From Candidatus Altimarinota bacterium (GTDB taxonomy: Bacteria > Patescibacteriota > Gracilibacteria > JBDHUY01), in contig JBDHUY010000005.1 of assembly GCA_039809385.1 (NCBI GenBank), positions 1 to 64,000 of the forward strand: a stretch of 64,000 nucleotides of DNA, given 5' to 3'. The notes below the pieces were generated by a model that saw only the letters and a list, made by a program, of their open reading frames with translations, did no database searches and was not told the origin of the DNA. Within the stretch, counting starts at the first letter, position 1. The number at the start of each line of letters is the position of its first letter. The translations under genes and the position numbers were made by a program. Positions 41,161-50,929 of this stretch are shown here, piece by piece.

Positions 41161-44100
41161 ATGAAATATATACTTTCCCGTCTTGGGAAAACAGTGCTGC
41201 TAAGTTCAGCGTTGTTTCTTCTGAGCGTGCTCTTTATCCAGGTAGCTGATGCGGCTTCCACTCTCACCAAAGATGGGAGCGGTAATTTTACCCTACAGGC
41301 CGATGATGGTGGTGCTAACGCCATTGTTGTCAATGTATCCGGCGCCAATACGCTTATTTTTGATTCCGATGATATCGATTTTAGTGCAGTTGTCGGAGAT
41401 TGTAGTCAACCTGGCGGGGCAGGTACGGATGTTGTCTGTACTACCAGCTCACTGAACTCCCTCACCGTAAATGCTGATCTTACAACGGCCTATTCCGATA
41501 CGCTAAGCGTGCATAATGTTACTGTTCCACTTCAGCTTAATGGATTAAATGGGGATGATACATTTAATATTCGGGGTAATAATGCGGCAGTAGGCGTTTC
41601 CGCCGGATCTGGGGTAGACAATATCTTTGTTGGAAATGCAATTAATCGGCTTGATGACATTAATGCCACTGTTAATTTGACCGGGGGGTCTCTGGACACC
41701 GTTACTTTCTATAATAATGGTAATAATACCGCCCAATCCTATACGGTAAATACGACCACCGGTGGTTCGGTCGTTTTGCCTAATGGTCAGTCAGTTACAT
41801 TTGGAAGCGTTCTAGGTGATATCTATCTCTATGGTAGTAGTGCAATTGATACGGTTAATGTGGTGGGCTCTTCCATGGCATTTTTCTATGATGGAACTTT
41901 GTCCCAGGACAGTGTTACTATTGGTACGGGCGGATCACTGGATACTATTCAAGGACAGGTTTCGCTTGATAATAACTCTGGACTCAACGATATCGTCGTG
42001 GACAATTCTGCTGACACCAATGCTATGGGGACGGTCACACTCAATGCAACTACTCTCAGTGGCATTGCTCCTGCCAATATCGTTTATGATCCTACAACGG
42101 TAAATAATTTTACCATCAATGGTGGAACCAGTGCTTCTGCCTATGACATCCAAGCTTCTTTTCAGCAGAATGCCGGTGTTCTGACAGTCAATGGTGGTGC
42201 TGCGCAGGATATATTCAGTATTGATAATGGCAGCACGATTAGCAGTACCAACTTTGGTCCCGGTGATATTACATTGAATGGCAACGGTTCTGCGATTGAC
42301 GCAATTAACTTTGATGACACCAGCGGTACGGGGCAAACTGTTACGTTTAACGCAACTCAAGCCTTCTTTTCAGGAATCGCCAATTTTAATGTTACGTATT
42401 CCAATATTGAAAATTATAGCGTCTTGCAGGGGGGCAACTCCGATACCCTGGAGGTAAATGACCTGGCCAGTGGAAAGTCGCTGACCGCTTCTCAGGGGGG
42501 TGGAGCAGATACACTGTTCTTTACCAATCTAGCCGGTTCTTTGGCTGCTAATGGTCAGGCCGGAAATGATACTCTGGCTGCCAGCACATATAGCGGGGGT
42601 ACCTTCACTGTCAATGATGAGGCTGGTGATGCGGTTGATTATTTTGTCAGCGGAACTCAGACCGGGAATGTCGGTTTGACAACTTCGACAGTTCAGGGTG
42701 CTGGAACACTTGGACTGAATGGTTCGATTATATTTGATATTGGCGATATACCAGCTGCTGCTAGTGATTTTGACCTCCTGGTTCCAGTAGCCAACGGAAC
42801 GATGGTTGGTACAGTAGACAAGCGTGGTGCTGGTTTGATGAAGATTACAGGGAACAATAGCTACACTGGAGGGACCATTATCAATCAAACAGGTACTCTG
42901 TATGCTGGTCTAAATAATAATGCTCTTTCTACTACAGGAACTGTTACGATCAACGATCCAGCAGTTTTGCAAATCGCTGACTCACTCACTATTCCTTCGG
43001 GCGTAAATTTTACGGTTAATAGTGCGACCAATCCTGCTATTGCTGCTGTATCCCCCGGAGCCACCAAGACTATCAGCGGAACTGTTACCTTAAATACCCC
43101 AACGGCGATTATTTCCGTTGATCCTAGTACGGAGCTAATTCTTACCGGTGTGTTGGCCGAAGCGGGCGGTTCCCGCAATTTGACTAAAAACGGTACAGGA
43201 ACTTTAACCTTTTCTACGGCAACCGGTAACACCTATACCGGAAATACTACGGTAAGCGTCGGTACTCTGAAGTTGGGGACTTCGAATGGAAATATTCCGA
43301 ATGGTGTTGGAAGCGGGACTGTGACGGTTGCCGATCTCACTACTTTCGATGTAAACGGCATGAGCGAAGTTGTCGGTAATATCGCCGGAGCCGGTAATAT
43401 TATGCTTGGCTCAGGACTGCTTTTCTTTGGAGACAATAATACCAGTCAGACATTTAGTGGAGTAATTAGTGAAAGCGGTACATTAACCAAACATGGTACG
43501 GGTGTTAACATACTGTCAGGTGTGAACACCTATACTGGTCAGACCAATGTTACTAATGGTGCTCTCAACACGACTAACGCCAGCTCTTTGGGAACCTCTG
43601 ATGGGAAAACGGTTATTGATTCCGGTGCAACTGTCTATTTTTCCACTAATGCTTTTACTACAGCAGAATCCTTTGACATAGCCGGTATTGGGAACGTTAG
43701 TAGCGGTGCTCTCAATTCCTTTAGCGGCGGCGTGCATACAGTAACTGGGAATATTACTCTGTTGGCCAATAGTCGAATACAGTCAAATAACGCTGCTCCT
43801 ATGGTGATTAATGGCGTGATCGATGATGGCGCCTCTACATTTAATCTTGAGTTGACTGCTGGAAGCAACTTGACGGATGTAATGACTCTCAATGGTAATA
43901 ATACCTATAATGGCACTACTACTATTTATGGAGGAAAGATTCTCTTTAATGGTAGTAATGCAACTGATGGAGTCGTACTGAATGGAAGTCCTGTTGTAGG
44001 AGGATCCGGTTCAATTGCCGGAACACTTACTCTCAATAATACTGCCGTTGTTGCTCCCGGCACTAGTCCTGGTGTTTTGACTGCAGGAAATACTACCTTT

Positions 44101-45528
44101 GCCTCCACAAGCAATCTCAATCTTGAGTTAAATGGCACCACAGTCGGAACACAGTACGACCAGCTCAACAGCACCGGAAGTGTCAATCTCAACAATGCGA
44201 CCCTCAATACGACTTTCGGTTTCAGTCCTGTTCCCGGTAACACCTTTACGATTGTTCAGGCTACGGGTGGTGTTAGTGGGATCTTTAATGGTATGCCCAA
44301 TGGTGCCGGTCTCAATATCGGCGGATTTAAGTTTACGATCACTTATACACCCACGGCAGTCATTCTAACCCGCCTATCTACCGGTTCTGGTAGCAGTGGC
44401 GGCGGCGGTGGAGGAGGAGGGGGTGGCTCGACCGCGTTCGATCCTTCCATTTCGGTCTTGCAGCCCAGTTCTCTTACCGGAACCAAAGACCGCAACCAGA
44501 AAATCGTTTGTCGCGCTACCGATTTGAATACCACGAATACCGGTCTCAAGCCAGAAACAGCCAAAATGTTGATTAACGGAATTGAAGTAAATGCCAATGT
44601 TTCCGTTACTGAGTATGTCGCCAATTCCAACGCCAACAACGGCAATGCCAACGGTAACGGCAACACGAATAGCAATAATGTCGCCAAAACGCTGGAAATA
44701 AGTTATATGCCTGGCAGTGCCAACCTCTATCCCGCCAACGGCACGGTCAACGCATCCTGCGAGGTTTACAATAAAAACAATCGCCAGGGTAAGAATGCTT
44801 TCCAGTTTACTACCAACGACCAGGTAGGTAGTGGAAATACTAACAGTTCCAATACCAACAGCGGCTCCGGTAGCTCCAATGGGAATATCAATAGAAATAC
44901 GAATAGCGCCAATGGGAATAATAACGGAGCGATTGGCGGTGGATTCTTCTTTAAAGATGTTGAAGGGCATTGGGCTGCGCTGTATATCGAAGAACTGAAA
45001 GAACGCTGCAATGTGTTGGGCTATCAGGACAGTGCTGGAAATCTGCTGAATCTGTTTAAACCCGATAATCTGATTACCCGCGGCGAGTTAGCTAAGATCG
45101 TGGCGCAATGCCGTTTCCGCCAACTGCCTTCGGTTACCGAAAAACCGTTTCCGGATGTTTCCGAAGAGCATTTTGCGGCTTCCGCCATTTTGCGACTGAA
45201 ACAATTCGGTGTGTTGCAAGGGTATCCTGACGGTACATTCCGTCCCGATGTTCCCGTCAACCGGGCAGAGGCATTAAAGATTGTGCTGCGTTCAGTATTC
45301 AACGACGAAGAACTAACCAGCAGTTTCATCTCTCCGTGTACCGACGTCGACCAGAATGCCTGGTATGCCCGTTTCTTCAATTTTGCGATGGAGAAGAAAT
45401 ATATCAGTGGCGATCTCACTCCCGAGGGAGATCCGCTGAACCGGTGTCGACCGGGCGGTAATACAACCCGCGCCGAAATGGCCAAGATGGCGGTCAATAT
45501 TATCGATCCAACCAAGAAGACCGAATAA
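41161..45528 (+). CDS. Secreted beta-helical adhesin-like protein with autotransporter-associated repeats (PATR) and C-terminal SLH domains
   Basis: RTX-like GLNGDDT/GGNSDT/GGGADT; PATR LTKNGTGTLTF...NTYTGNTTV and LTKHGTGVNILSGVNTYTG; VAPGTSPGVL; SLH FKDVEGHWA, GYPDGTFRPD.PVNRAE. Confidence 0.88.
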   Translation: MKYILSRLGKTVLLSSALFLLSVLFIQVADAASTLTKDGSGNFTLQADDGGANAIVVNVSGANTLIFDSDDIDFSAVVGDCSQPGGAGTDVVCTTSSLNSLTVNADLTTAYSDTLSVHNVTVPLQLNGLNGDDTFNIRGNNAAVGVSAGSGVDNIFVGNAINRLDDINATVNLTGGSLDTVTFYNNGNNTAQSYTVNTTTGGSVVLPNGQSVTFGSVLGDIYLYGSSAIDTVNVVGSSMAFFYDGTLSQDSVTIGTGGSLDTIQGQVSLDNNSGLNDIVVDNSADTNAMGTVTLNATTLSGIAPANIVYDPTTVNNFTINGGTSASAYDIQASFQQNAGVLTVNGGAAQDIFSIDNGSTISSTNFGPGDITLNGNGSAIDAINFDDTSGTGQTVTFNATQAFFSGIANFNVTYSNIENYSVLQGGNSDTLEVNDLASGKSLTASQGGGADTLFFTNLAGSLAANGQAGNDTLAASTYSGGTFTVNDEAGDAVDYFVSGTQTGNVGLTTSTVQGAGTLGLNGSIIFDIGDIPAAASDFDLLVPVANGTMVGTVDKRGAGLMKITGNNSYTGGTIINQTGTLYAGLNNNALSTTGTVTINDPAVLQIADSLTIPSGVNFTVNSATNPAIAAVSPGATKTISGTVTLNTPTAIISVDPSTELILTGVLAEAGGSRNLTKNGTGTLTFSTATGNTYTGNTTVSVGTLKLGTSNGNIPNGVGSGTVTVADLTTFDVNGMSEVVGNIAGAGNIMLGSGLLFFGDNNTSQTFSGVISESGTLTKHGTGVNILSGVNTYTGQTNVTNGALNTTNASSLGTSDGKTVIDSGATVYFSTNAFTTAESFDIAGIGNVSSGALNSFSGGVHTVTGNITLLANSRIQSNNAAPMVINGVIDDGASTFNLELTAGSNLTDVMTLNGNNTYNGTTTIYGGKILFNGSNATDGVVLNGSPVVGGSGSIAGTLTLNNTAVVAPGTSPGVLTAGNTTFASTSNLNLELNGTTVGTQYDQLNSTGSVNLNNATLNTTFGFSPVPGNTFTIVQATGGVSGIFNGMPNGAGLNIGGFKFTITYTPTAVILTRLSTGSGSSGGGGGGGGGGSTAFDPSISVLQPSSLTGTKDRNQKIVCRATDLNTTNTGLKPETAKMLINGIEVNANVSVTEYVANSNANNGNANGNGNTNSNNVAKTLEISYMPGSANLYPANGTVNASCEVYNKNNRQGKNAFQFTTNDQVGSGNTNSSNTNSGSGSSNGNINRNTNSANGNNNGAIGGGFFFKDVEGHWAALYIEELKERCNVLGYQDSAGNLLNLFKPDNLITRGELAKIVAQCRFRQLPSVTEKPFPDVSEEHFAASAILRLKQFGVLQGYPDGTFRPDVPVNRAEALKIVLRSVFNDEELTSSFISPCTDVDQNAWYARFFNFAMEKKYISGDLTPEGDPLNRCRPGGNTTRAEMAKMAVNIIDPTKKTE

Positions 45529-45557
45529 TCTTGTTTCATTTCCACTTGGATTTTCAG

Positions 45558-45589
45558 AAAAGGGCCCCGGGAGAACCGGGCCCTTTTTT
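45558..45589 (+). terminator. Intrinsic terminator
   Basis: AAAAGGGCCCCGG-GAGAA-CCGGGCCCTTTTTT. Confidence 0.8.
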
Positions 45590-45668
45590 GTATATCCCGA
45601 TCTTGACCATTTTGCAGGGTTTTATACAATACAAGATGATTATTTCATGTACTTTATTACTGTTTTGT

Positions 45669-47531
45669 ATGAAACGGATTTTTGCCCCCTTGTTGGCAAC
45701 GTGTATCGCCCTGTTTTTTTTATTTTTGTTCTCTACATTCCAGGTTTCGGTGGGAGAAGCGGTAACCGATACAACTTCTCCGACATCCGCTGCCACTATT
45801 GCGCGGAACCGTTACGGTCCCGGCACCTTTAGCGCCACTACTTCGATTCAGGGAACCGCGACCGACAATAGTGCTATCAATAACGTGACCGCCTATATTC
45901 AGCGCCAATCCGACGACAAATATTTCAACGGTTCTTCCTGGGGAACATCTCCTATCTCGTTGACTACCAGTGTCAATAAGAGCGGCAGCGGAGCGACGTG
46001 GGTCTATAACGCCAATTCGCTGGTAAACCAGCTGGACGAAGGAATCACATATAAGGTTACGCCTCTGGCGGTCGATACCTCCAACAATTCAAAAGAAGGA
46101 ACCGACGATTCGTTTGTGTGGGACGAGACTTCACCCGACGTTACGATCAATAACCCACAAGACGGCGACACTGTAGGAACGAATTTCTCGCTTTCGGTAA
46201 CGTCTTCGGAATCCAGTACTTGTCAATACCGTCAGGATAACGGTAATTTTTCTACCCTTACTTCTTCGCTGCAAACCAGTCATACCAAAGCTTTTGTGCT
46301 GTCCAACGGAGACTACACATTGGAGGTTAAGTGTACCGACGAGGCCGGGAATGTCAGTGCCCTCGAAGAGACCAATTTTACCGTCAACCGTAACAGTAAT
46401 TCGTCCGGGAGTGGCAGCTCATCCAACAGTAACAAGAATAAAAATACTAATTCGTCTTCGGTGAGCGCCCCCGCTGTCTCGCTGTTGATTCCCGGTAATC
46501 TGAGCGGAAAAAAACCTCGCAACCAGACTATTGTCTGCCGTGCGATCGATACGAATACGAGCAATGCCGGTTTTGATCTTTCCAGGACCAAAATAACGAT
46601 CAATAACACGAATGTAAACGTCACTGTTACCAACATCAATCAGAACACGAACGCTAATCAAAACAATAACGCCAATACGAATACCAATAAAAACAAAAAC
46701 AGCAATACCAACAGTAGCAAGGGAAGCGAGAGAATCATCGATATCTCTTATACCCCTTCCGAATCAAGTTTGTTTGCCGCCGAATCCACGGTAGAAGGCG
46801 AGTGTGAAGTATGGAATAAAAACGGCAAAAAGGATACTGAGTCTTTCCGCTTCGACGTCGGTACGGAGATTGCCAGCCTCAATTCCAATACCAATGCGGG
46901 TACCAATACCAACGCGAATGTCTCCAACGCAAATACCAATGCTTCGTCCGGTACCTCTTTCTTTACCGACACCAAAGATCACTGGGCTAAAGATTATGCC
47001 GAGAAACTTCACAATGTGTGCGGTGTGGACGGTTTAAAGGACGAAACCGGCGCTTTGAAAATGCAATTTGCTCCCGATCAGCCCATCACTCGTGCAGAGC
47101 TCGTGGCGATGGTTCTGAGGTGCAAAAAAATTGATGTTTCAAGCTTGCCTGTTTCACTCAATCCTTTTTCAGACGTACCTTCCGTACACTGGGCGGTGCG
47201 GTATATTATTGAGGGAAATACTAGTGGTCTCATTGACGGATATAGCGACAAAACATTCCGCCCGGATCAACCAGTTCTCAGGGCCGAAAGTTGGAAGATC
47301 ATGCTGCTTGGATGGCTGGCACTGGCTGATATTCGCGGAGGGGAAAGTTCCTTTACCGATACGGTTGCCGGTGCGTGGTATATGAAGTTTCTGAATTTTT
47401 TGGTTTTAAACCAGATTCTATCGGGGTATACTAATCCCGACGGCACGCCTCAGCATAAAGTCGGACCGGAAAGGCCGATTACCCGGGCCGAAGTATCGAA
47501 AATTTTGTCGATTTTGATCGAAAAGTATTAG
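45669..47531 (+). CDS. Secreted Ig-like + SLH surface protein
   Basis: Signal peptide, IQGTATDN and CTDEAGN Ig units, NxN linkers, SLH FTDTKDHWA, FAPDQPITRAE, GYSDKTFRPD, ITRAEVSK. Confidence 0.88.
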   Translation: MKRIFAPLLATCIALFFLFLFSTFQVSVGEAVTDTTSPTSAATIARNRYGPGTFSATTSIQGTATDNSAINNVTAYIQRQSDDKYFNGSSWGTSPISLTTSVNKSGSGATWVYNANSLVNQLDEGITYKVTPLAVDTSNNSKEGTDDSFVWDETSPDVTINNPQDGDTVGTNFSLSVTSSESSTCQYRQDNGNFSTLTSSLQTSHTKAFVLSNGDYTLEVKCTDEAGNVSALEETNFTVNRNSNSSGSGSSSNSNKNKNTNSSSVSAPAVSLLIPGNLSGKKPRNQTIVCRAIDTNTSNAGFDLSRTKITINNTNVNVTVTNINQNTNANQNNNANTNTNKNKNSNTNSSKGSERIIDISYTPSESSLFAAESTVEGECEVWNKNGKKDTESFRFDVGTEIASLNSNTNAGTNTNANVSNANTNASSGTSFFTDTKDHWAKDYAEKLHNVCGVDGLKDETGALKMQFAPDQPITRAELVAMVLRCKKIDVSSLPVSLNPFSDVPSVHWAVRYIIEGNTSGLIDGYSDKTFRPDQPVLRAESWKIMLLGWLALADIRGGESSFTDTVAGAWYMKFLNFLVLNQILSGYTNPDGTPQHKVGPERPITRAEVSKILSILIEKY

Positions 47532-47556
47532 GCGGAAGGCTGGGAAGAGAAATGTA

Positions 47557-48318
47557 TTGTTTGGCTTCTTTTCTTATTCCTTCATCCTTTATCCTATTGA
47601 TACTTCTCAGCAGAATTGGGATTTTTCCCATCTCTCCGCTGTGTTTATCAATTGTACGCTAAAGCCTTCTCCGCAACTGTCCCATACCCAGGGGTTGGTG
47701 GAAATTTCCAAGAGTATTATGGAAAAACACGGGGTCAAGGTTGAGGTAATTCGAGCAGTGGATCACGATATTCCGCCAGGGGTCTGGCCGGATATGACCG
47801 AACATGGATTTAGCAAGGACGACTGGCCCGGGATTTTCAAGAAGGTTATGGATGCCGATATCTTGATCCTTACTTCGCCGATCTGGCTGGGGGAGAAATC
47901 TTCGATCTGTACGCGAGTGATTGAGCGATTGTACGGCAATTCCGGACAACTCAATAAAGACGGCCAGTATGCCTATTACGGACGAGTAGGCGGATGCCTC
48001 ATCACCGGAAACGAGGACGGTATCAAGCATTGTTCGATGAATATTCTGTATTCTTTGCAGCATTTAGGCTTTGTCATACCGCCCCAGGCCGATGCGGGCT
48101 GGATCGGTGAAGCAGGTCCGGGCCCCTCGTACCTTGATCCCGGCTCAGGCGGACCGGAAAACGATTTCACCAACCGTAATACAACGTTTATGACGTGGAA
48201 CCTGATGCATCTGGCGCAGATGCTGAAAAAGAATGGGGGTATTCCAGCTTACGGCAATCAGCGTTCCAAATGGGATGCAGGGGCCCGGTTTGATTTTCCA
48301 AATCCGGAATATCGTTAA
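47557..48318 (+). CDS. Flavodoxin-like / NADPH-dependent FMN reductase family protein
   Basis: FINCTLKPSP..SHT, ADILILTSPIWLG, ITGNEDG, PPQADAGW. True start unclear. Confidence 0.85.
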   Translation: MFGFFSYSFILYPIDTSQQNWDFSHLSAVFINCTLKPSPQLSHTQGLVEISKSIMEKHGVKVEVIRAVDHDIPPGVWPDMTEHGFSKDDWPGIFKKVMDADILILTSPIWLGEKSSICTRVIERLYGNSGQLNKDGQYAYYGRVGGCLITGNEDGIKHCSMNILYSLQHLGFVIPPQADAGWIGEAGPGPSYLDPGSGGPENDFTNRNTTFMTWNLMHLAQMLKKNGGIPAYGNQRSKWDAGARFDFPNPEYR

Positions 48319-48427
48319 GATCTAAGCCAAGTCGGTCTCTTTGTCGACCTTCCCGCAACGGTTGGAATTTTCAGAGGTCTCGATACAGACGTTGATCATC
48401 TTTATTTTTCCAATATCCGAATGAATT

Positions 48428-48790
48428 ATGCAATGGAAAAAGTCTCCGCCCGAGCTTATCTCTTTGTTTGAAGAGTTGGTTCCGCCCGATCCGGTGGTTG
48501 AAAAACGTAAAATGTTTGGGTATCCCTGCTGTTTCGTGAATGGGAATATGATGATGGGGCTGCATCAGGATAACCTTATTCTGCGTATGGGCGAAGCCGA
48601 CCGGCAGGAATTCCTAACGCACCAGGGCACTTCCCGTTTCGAACCGATGAAAGGGCATATTATGAAAGAATATGTGGCTGTTTCGGATAGTATGAAAAAT
48701 AGCCCGCAGATTCTTATGAACTGGGTGCAGCGGTCGCTAGACTATGTACGTGCTTTGCCGGTGAAGGTTAAGAAGAGCAGAAAACAATAA
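48428..48790 (+). CDS. TfoX/Sxy N-terminal domain protein
   Basis: EKRKMFGYPCCFVNGNM, FEPMKGHIMKEYV. Confidence 0.85.
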   Translation: MQWKKSPPELISLFEELVPPDPVVEKRKMFGYPCCFVNGNMMMGLHQDNLILRMGEADRQEFLTHQGTSRFEPMKGHIMKEYVAVSDSMKNSPQILMNWVQRSLDYVRALPVKVKKSRKQ

Positions 48791-48997
48791 AAAATGGTAA
48801 CGATTTGTGTGCTACTTTGACATGAACTAATTTTATTATGGACATACTGGACAGTCGCTGCTTTTATAATAGGTATGTCCTTGGGAACAGATGACTTTTC
48901 CGGGTGGTTTTTTCATTGTGGAATTACATGAGTGATAAACTTCCTTCAGCAAGACAAGTAGACAAAATTTGATGTATATATTTGCTAATATAATTTA

Positions 48998-49531
48998 TTA
49001 TACTAGTAAAGCGGCTATCTTTTGGGTAGTGGCGTAGTTGCGGATAGTCATGGCTTGATAGATCTTTTTGCCGGCCAGTTTGCTGAAAGAGCTTTTAGTC
49101 ACATTGCTCAATATAGTTGACATATAGATGACCCCGTTTCCGCCCTGAATAAAATCAATACCGTCTTTTGTATCGATTGTTTCCAGGATTCCCTTTGTCG
49201 TGCTCGGCTCTTTGATAAATGCTATGTAGCAGCGTAAATCGTCCCGAGTATTCCAAGTTACGGGCACGTCTCTGAGAACCCTTTGTACTTCCTCTGCAGA
49301 TCGAACCAATACGCGGGCTTCATAGGCGAATCTTTTTGATAGTGCTTGCTCGATCTTTTCTTCCAATTCTTGTGTTGAAATCTTAGCGAACTCGAAAATA
49401 ACATTGCCGCTCTGGATATATGTTGATACGTTCCGAAAACCGTTCTGTTCAAAGCAGAGCTTCAGGTCGGCCATTTTAATAATATTCTTTCCGCCGACGT
49501 TGATGCCTCTAAGGAGTCCGACAAATTTCAT
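48998..49531 (-). CDS. DUF1697 family protein
   Basis: LLRGINVGGKN.IKMADL, TYIQSGNV, MTIRN..T. Confidence 0.9.
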   Translation of the reverse strand: MKFVGLLRGINVGGKNIIKMADLKLCFEQNGFRNVSTYIQSGNVIFEFAKISTQELEEKIEQALSKRFAYEARVLVRSAEEVQRVLRDVPVTWNTRDDLRCYIAFIKEPSTTKGILETIDTKDGIDFIQGGNGVIYMSTILSNVTKSSFSKLAGKKIYQAMTIRNYATTQKIAALLV

Positions 49532-49552
49532 ATATATAATTTCATCTTAATT

Positions 49553-49855
49553 CTATCGGGAGGTGTCTTTTTCGTTAGCATCAAGCGTGGCGGCTTGTTC
49601 CTCTGTAAGTAGCATGGCGACAGCCCGACTAGGATCCAAAGTTCGCAGAATTTCTTTATCCTGATCACTATAATTCCCTTCTAGTAAAAGGACTTCCCTT
49701 TTTACAACCATGCTACAAAACCTACTTACCTGATCGTCGGGAAGTGTGAAGAGTAAATCGTGTTGTTTTCGTGTAATCAACGCTTGTTCCAGCCAATGAG
49801 CAAGAATTTTTTCCAATTGCTTTGTTCTTTCAGAAGTTTCAGATGGTTGGTTCAT
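49553..49855 (-). CDS. Hypothetical protein
   Basis: 100-aa frame co-oriented with its neighbours; no family recognised. Confidence 0.55.
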   Translation of the reverse strand: MNQPSETSERTKQLEKILAHWLEQALITRKQHDLLFTLPDDQVSRFCSMVVKREVLLLEGNYSDQDKEILRTLDPSRAVAMLLTEEQAATLDANEKDTSR

Positions 49856-49918
49856 TGAGATGCTACCAAGATAAATAAAATAGTCTACCTCCTTGGTATA
49901 AACTAGTTTGTGTAAAAA

Positions 49919-50758
49919 TCAAGCCGATGGTATTTTCTTTTGAGCCGCTTCCCACCCAATCATCGCGGTTTTGCGCGTACTGCCCCAGCGGTATTTTCCG
50001 ACGATTCCCATCGATCTGATCACGCGGTGGCAGGGGATAAGGAAACCTACCGGATTTTTGGCGATTGCTGTTCCTGCCGCTCTGCGATGTTCAGGTTTGC
50101 CTACCGTTGTGGCTATGTCGGTGTAGGATTGAAGCTGTCCTTCCGGAATTTGTAGCAACGCTTCCCAGATTTTGAGCTGAAACGGTGTGCCTTTCAAGTG
50201 GAGTGGAATAACGGCTTTATTCTCTAATTTGTTCTCAAAAAAACGCTTAACGTTGGTATGCAATGGCGTTTCTTGTTCTGTTAGTTTTGCTTGCGGCCAC
50301 TGAGCTTGGACCTCCCGAAGAGCTTTTTCCCGGCTCTCTTCATAAAAGAACAAATTGCAGACACCCTGAGAGGTAGAGGCTACCAAATAATCGCCAAAAC
50401 GCGAATTGCCAAAGCTATAACATATTTCTAAGTATTTGCCGCCGTTTTTATATTCCCCGGGAGTCATTCCTTCCAGTTTGACAAACAGATCGTGCAGACG
50501 TCCCGACCCCGAGAGGCCGGTCGTGTAGGCAGCTCCCAGGATCGAATTTTGCTTTTTCAGAAGCTCTTTGGCATGAGTCACATTAATATATTGTAGAAAC
50601 TGCTTAGGGCTGACCCCGGCCCATTCACTAAAAATACGCTGAAAATGGAATGGACTCATGTGCAAATGCTTGGCGATTTCGTCCAGACCGGGCTGATTTT
50701 TTCGATTTTCCTGAATATAGGCAAGCGCTTTAGCAATAGTACTGTAGTGATCCATCAT
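49919..50758 (-). CDS. Ada-like AraC-HTH / methylated-DNA--protein-cysteine methyltransferase fusion
   Basis: SPFHFQRIFSEWAGVSPKQF, GLSGSGRLHDLF, GTPFQ..W..L..IP.G, active site IPCHRV; no Zn-binding Ada N-domain. Confidence 0.9.
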   Translation of the reverse strand: MMDHYSTIAKALAYIQENRKNQPGLDEIAKHLHMSPFHFQRIFSEWAGVSPKQFLQYINVTHAKELLKKQNSILGAAYTTGLSGSGRLHDLFVKLEGMTPGEYKNGGKYLEICYSFGNSRFGDYLVASTSQGVCNLFFYEESREKALREVQAQWPQAKLTEQETPLHTNVKRFFENKLENKAVIPLHLKGTPFQLKIWEALLQIPEGQLQSYTDIATTVGKPEHRRAAGTAIAKNPVGFLIPCHRVIRSMGIVGKYRWGSTRKTAMIGWEAAQKKIPSA

Positions 50759-50929
50759 TTTTAGCTGAAAATTAAAAGACCGCGTATACCATACCGTATC
50801 CGCTTGTCTCTGAAAACCCATTTCTTGCGGAAAAGACAGGAAAGATTCTGGCTTATTATTCGGCTTTTTTTGTCTCACTATGGAAAGATCCTAGAAACGT
50901 GGTAGATTCAAAACATCCTATAAACGATC

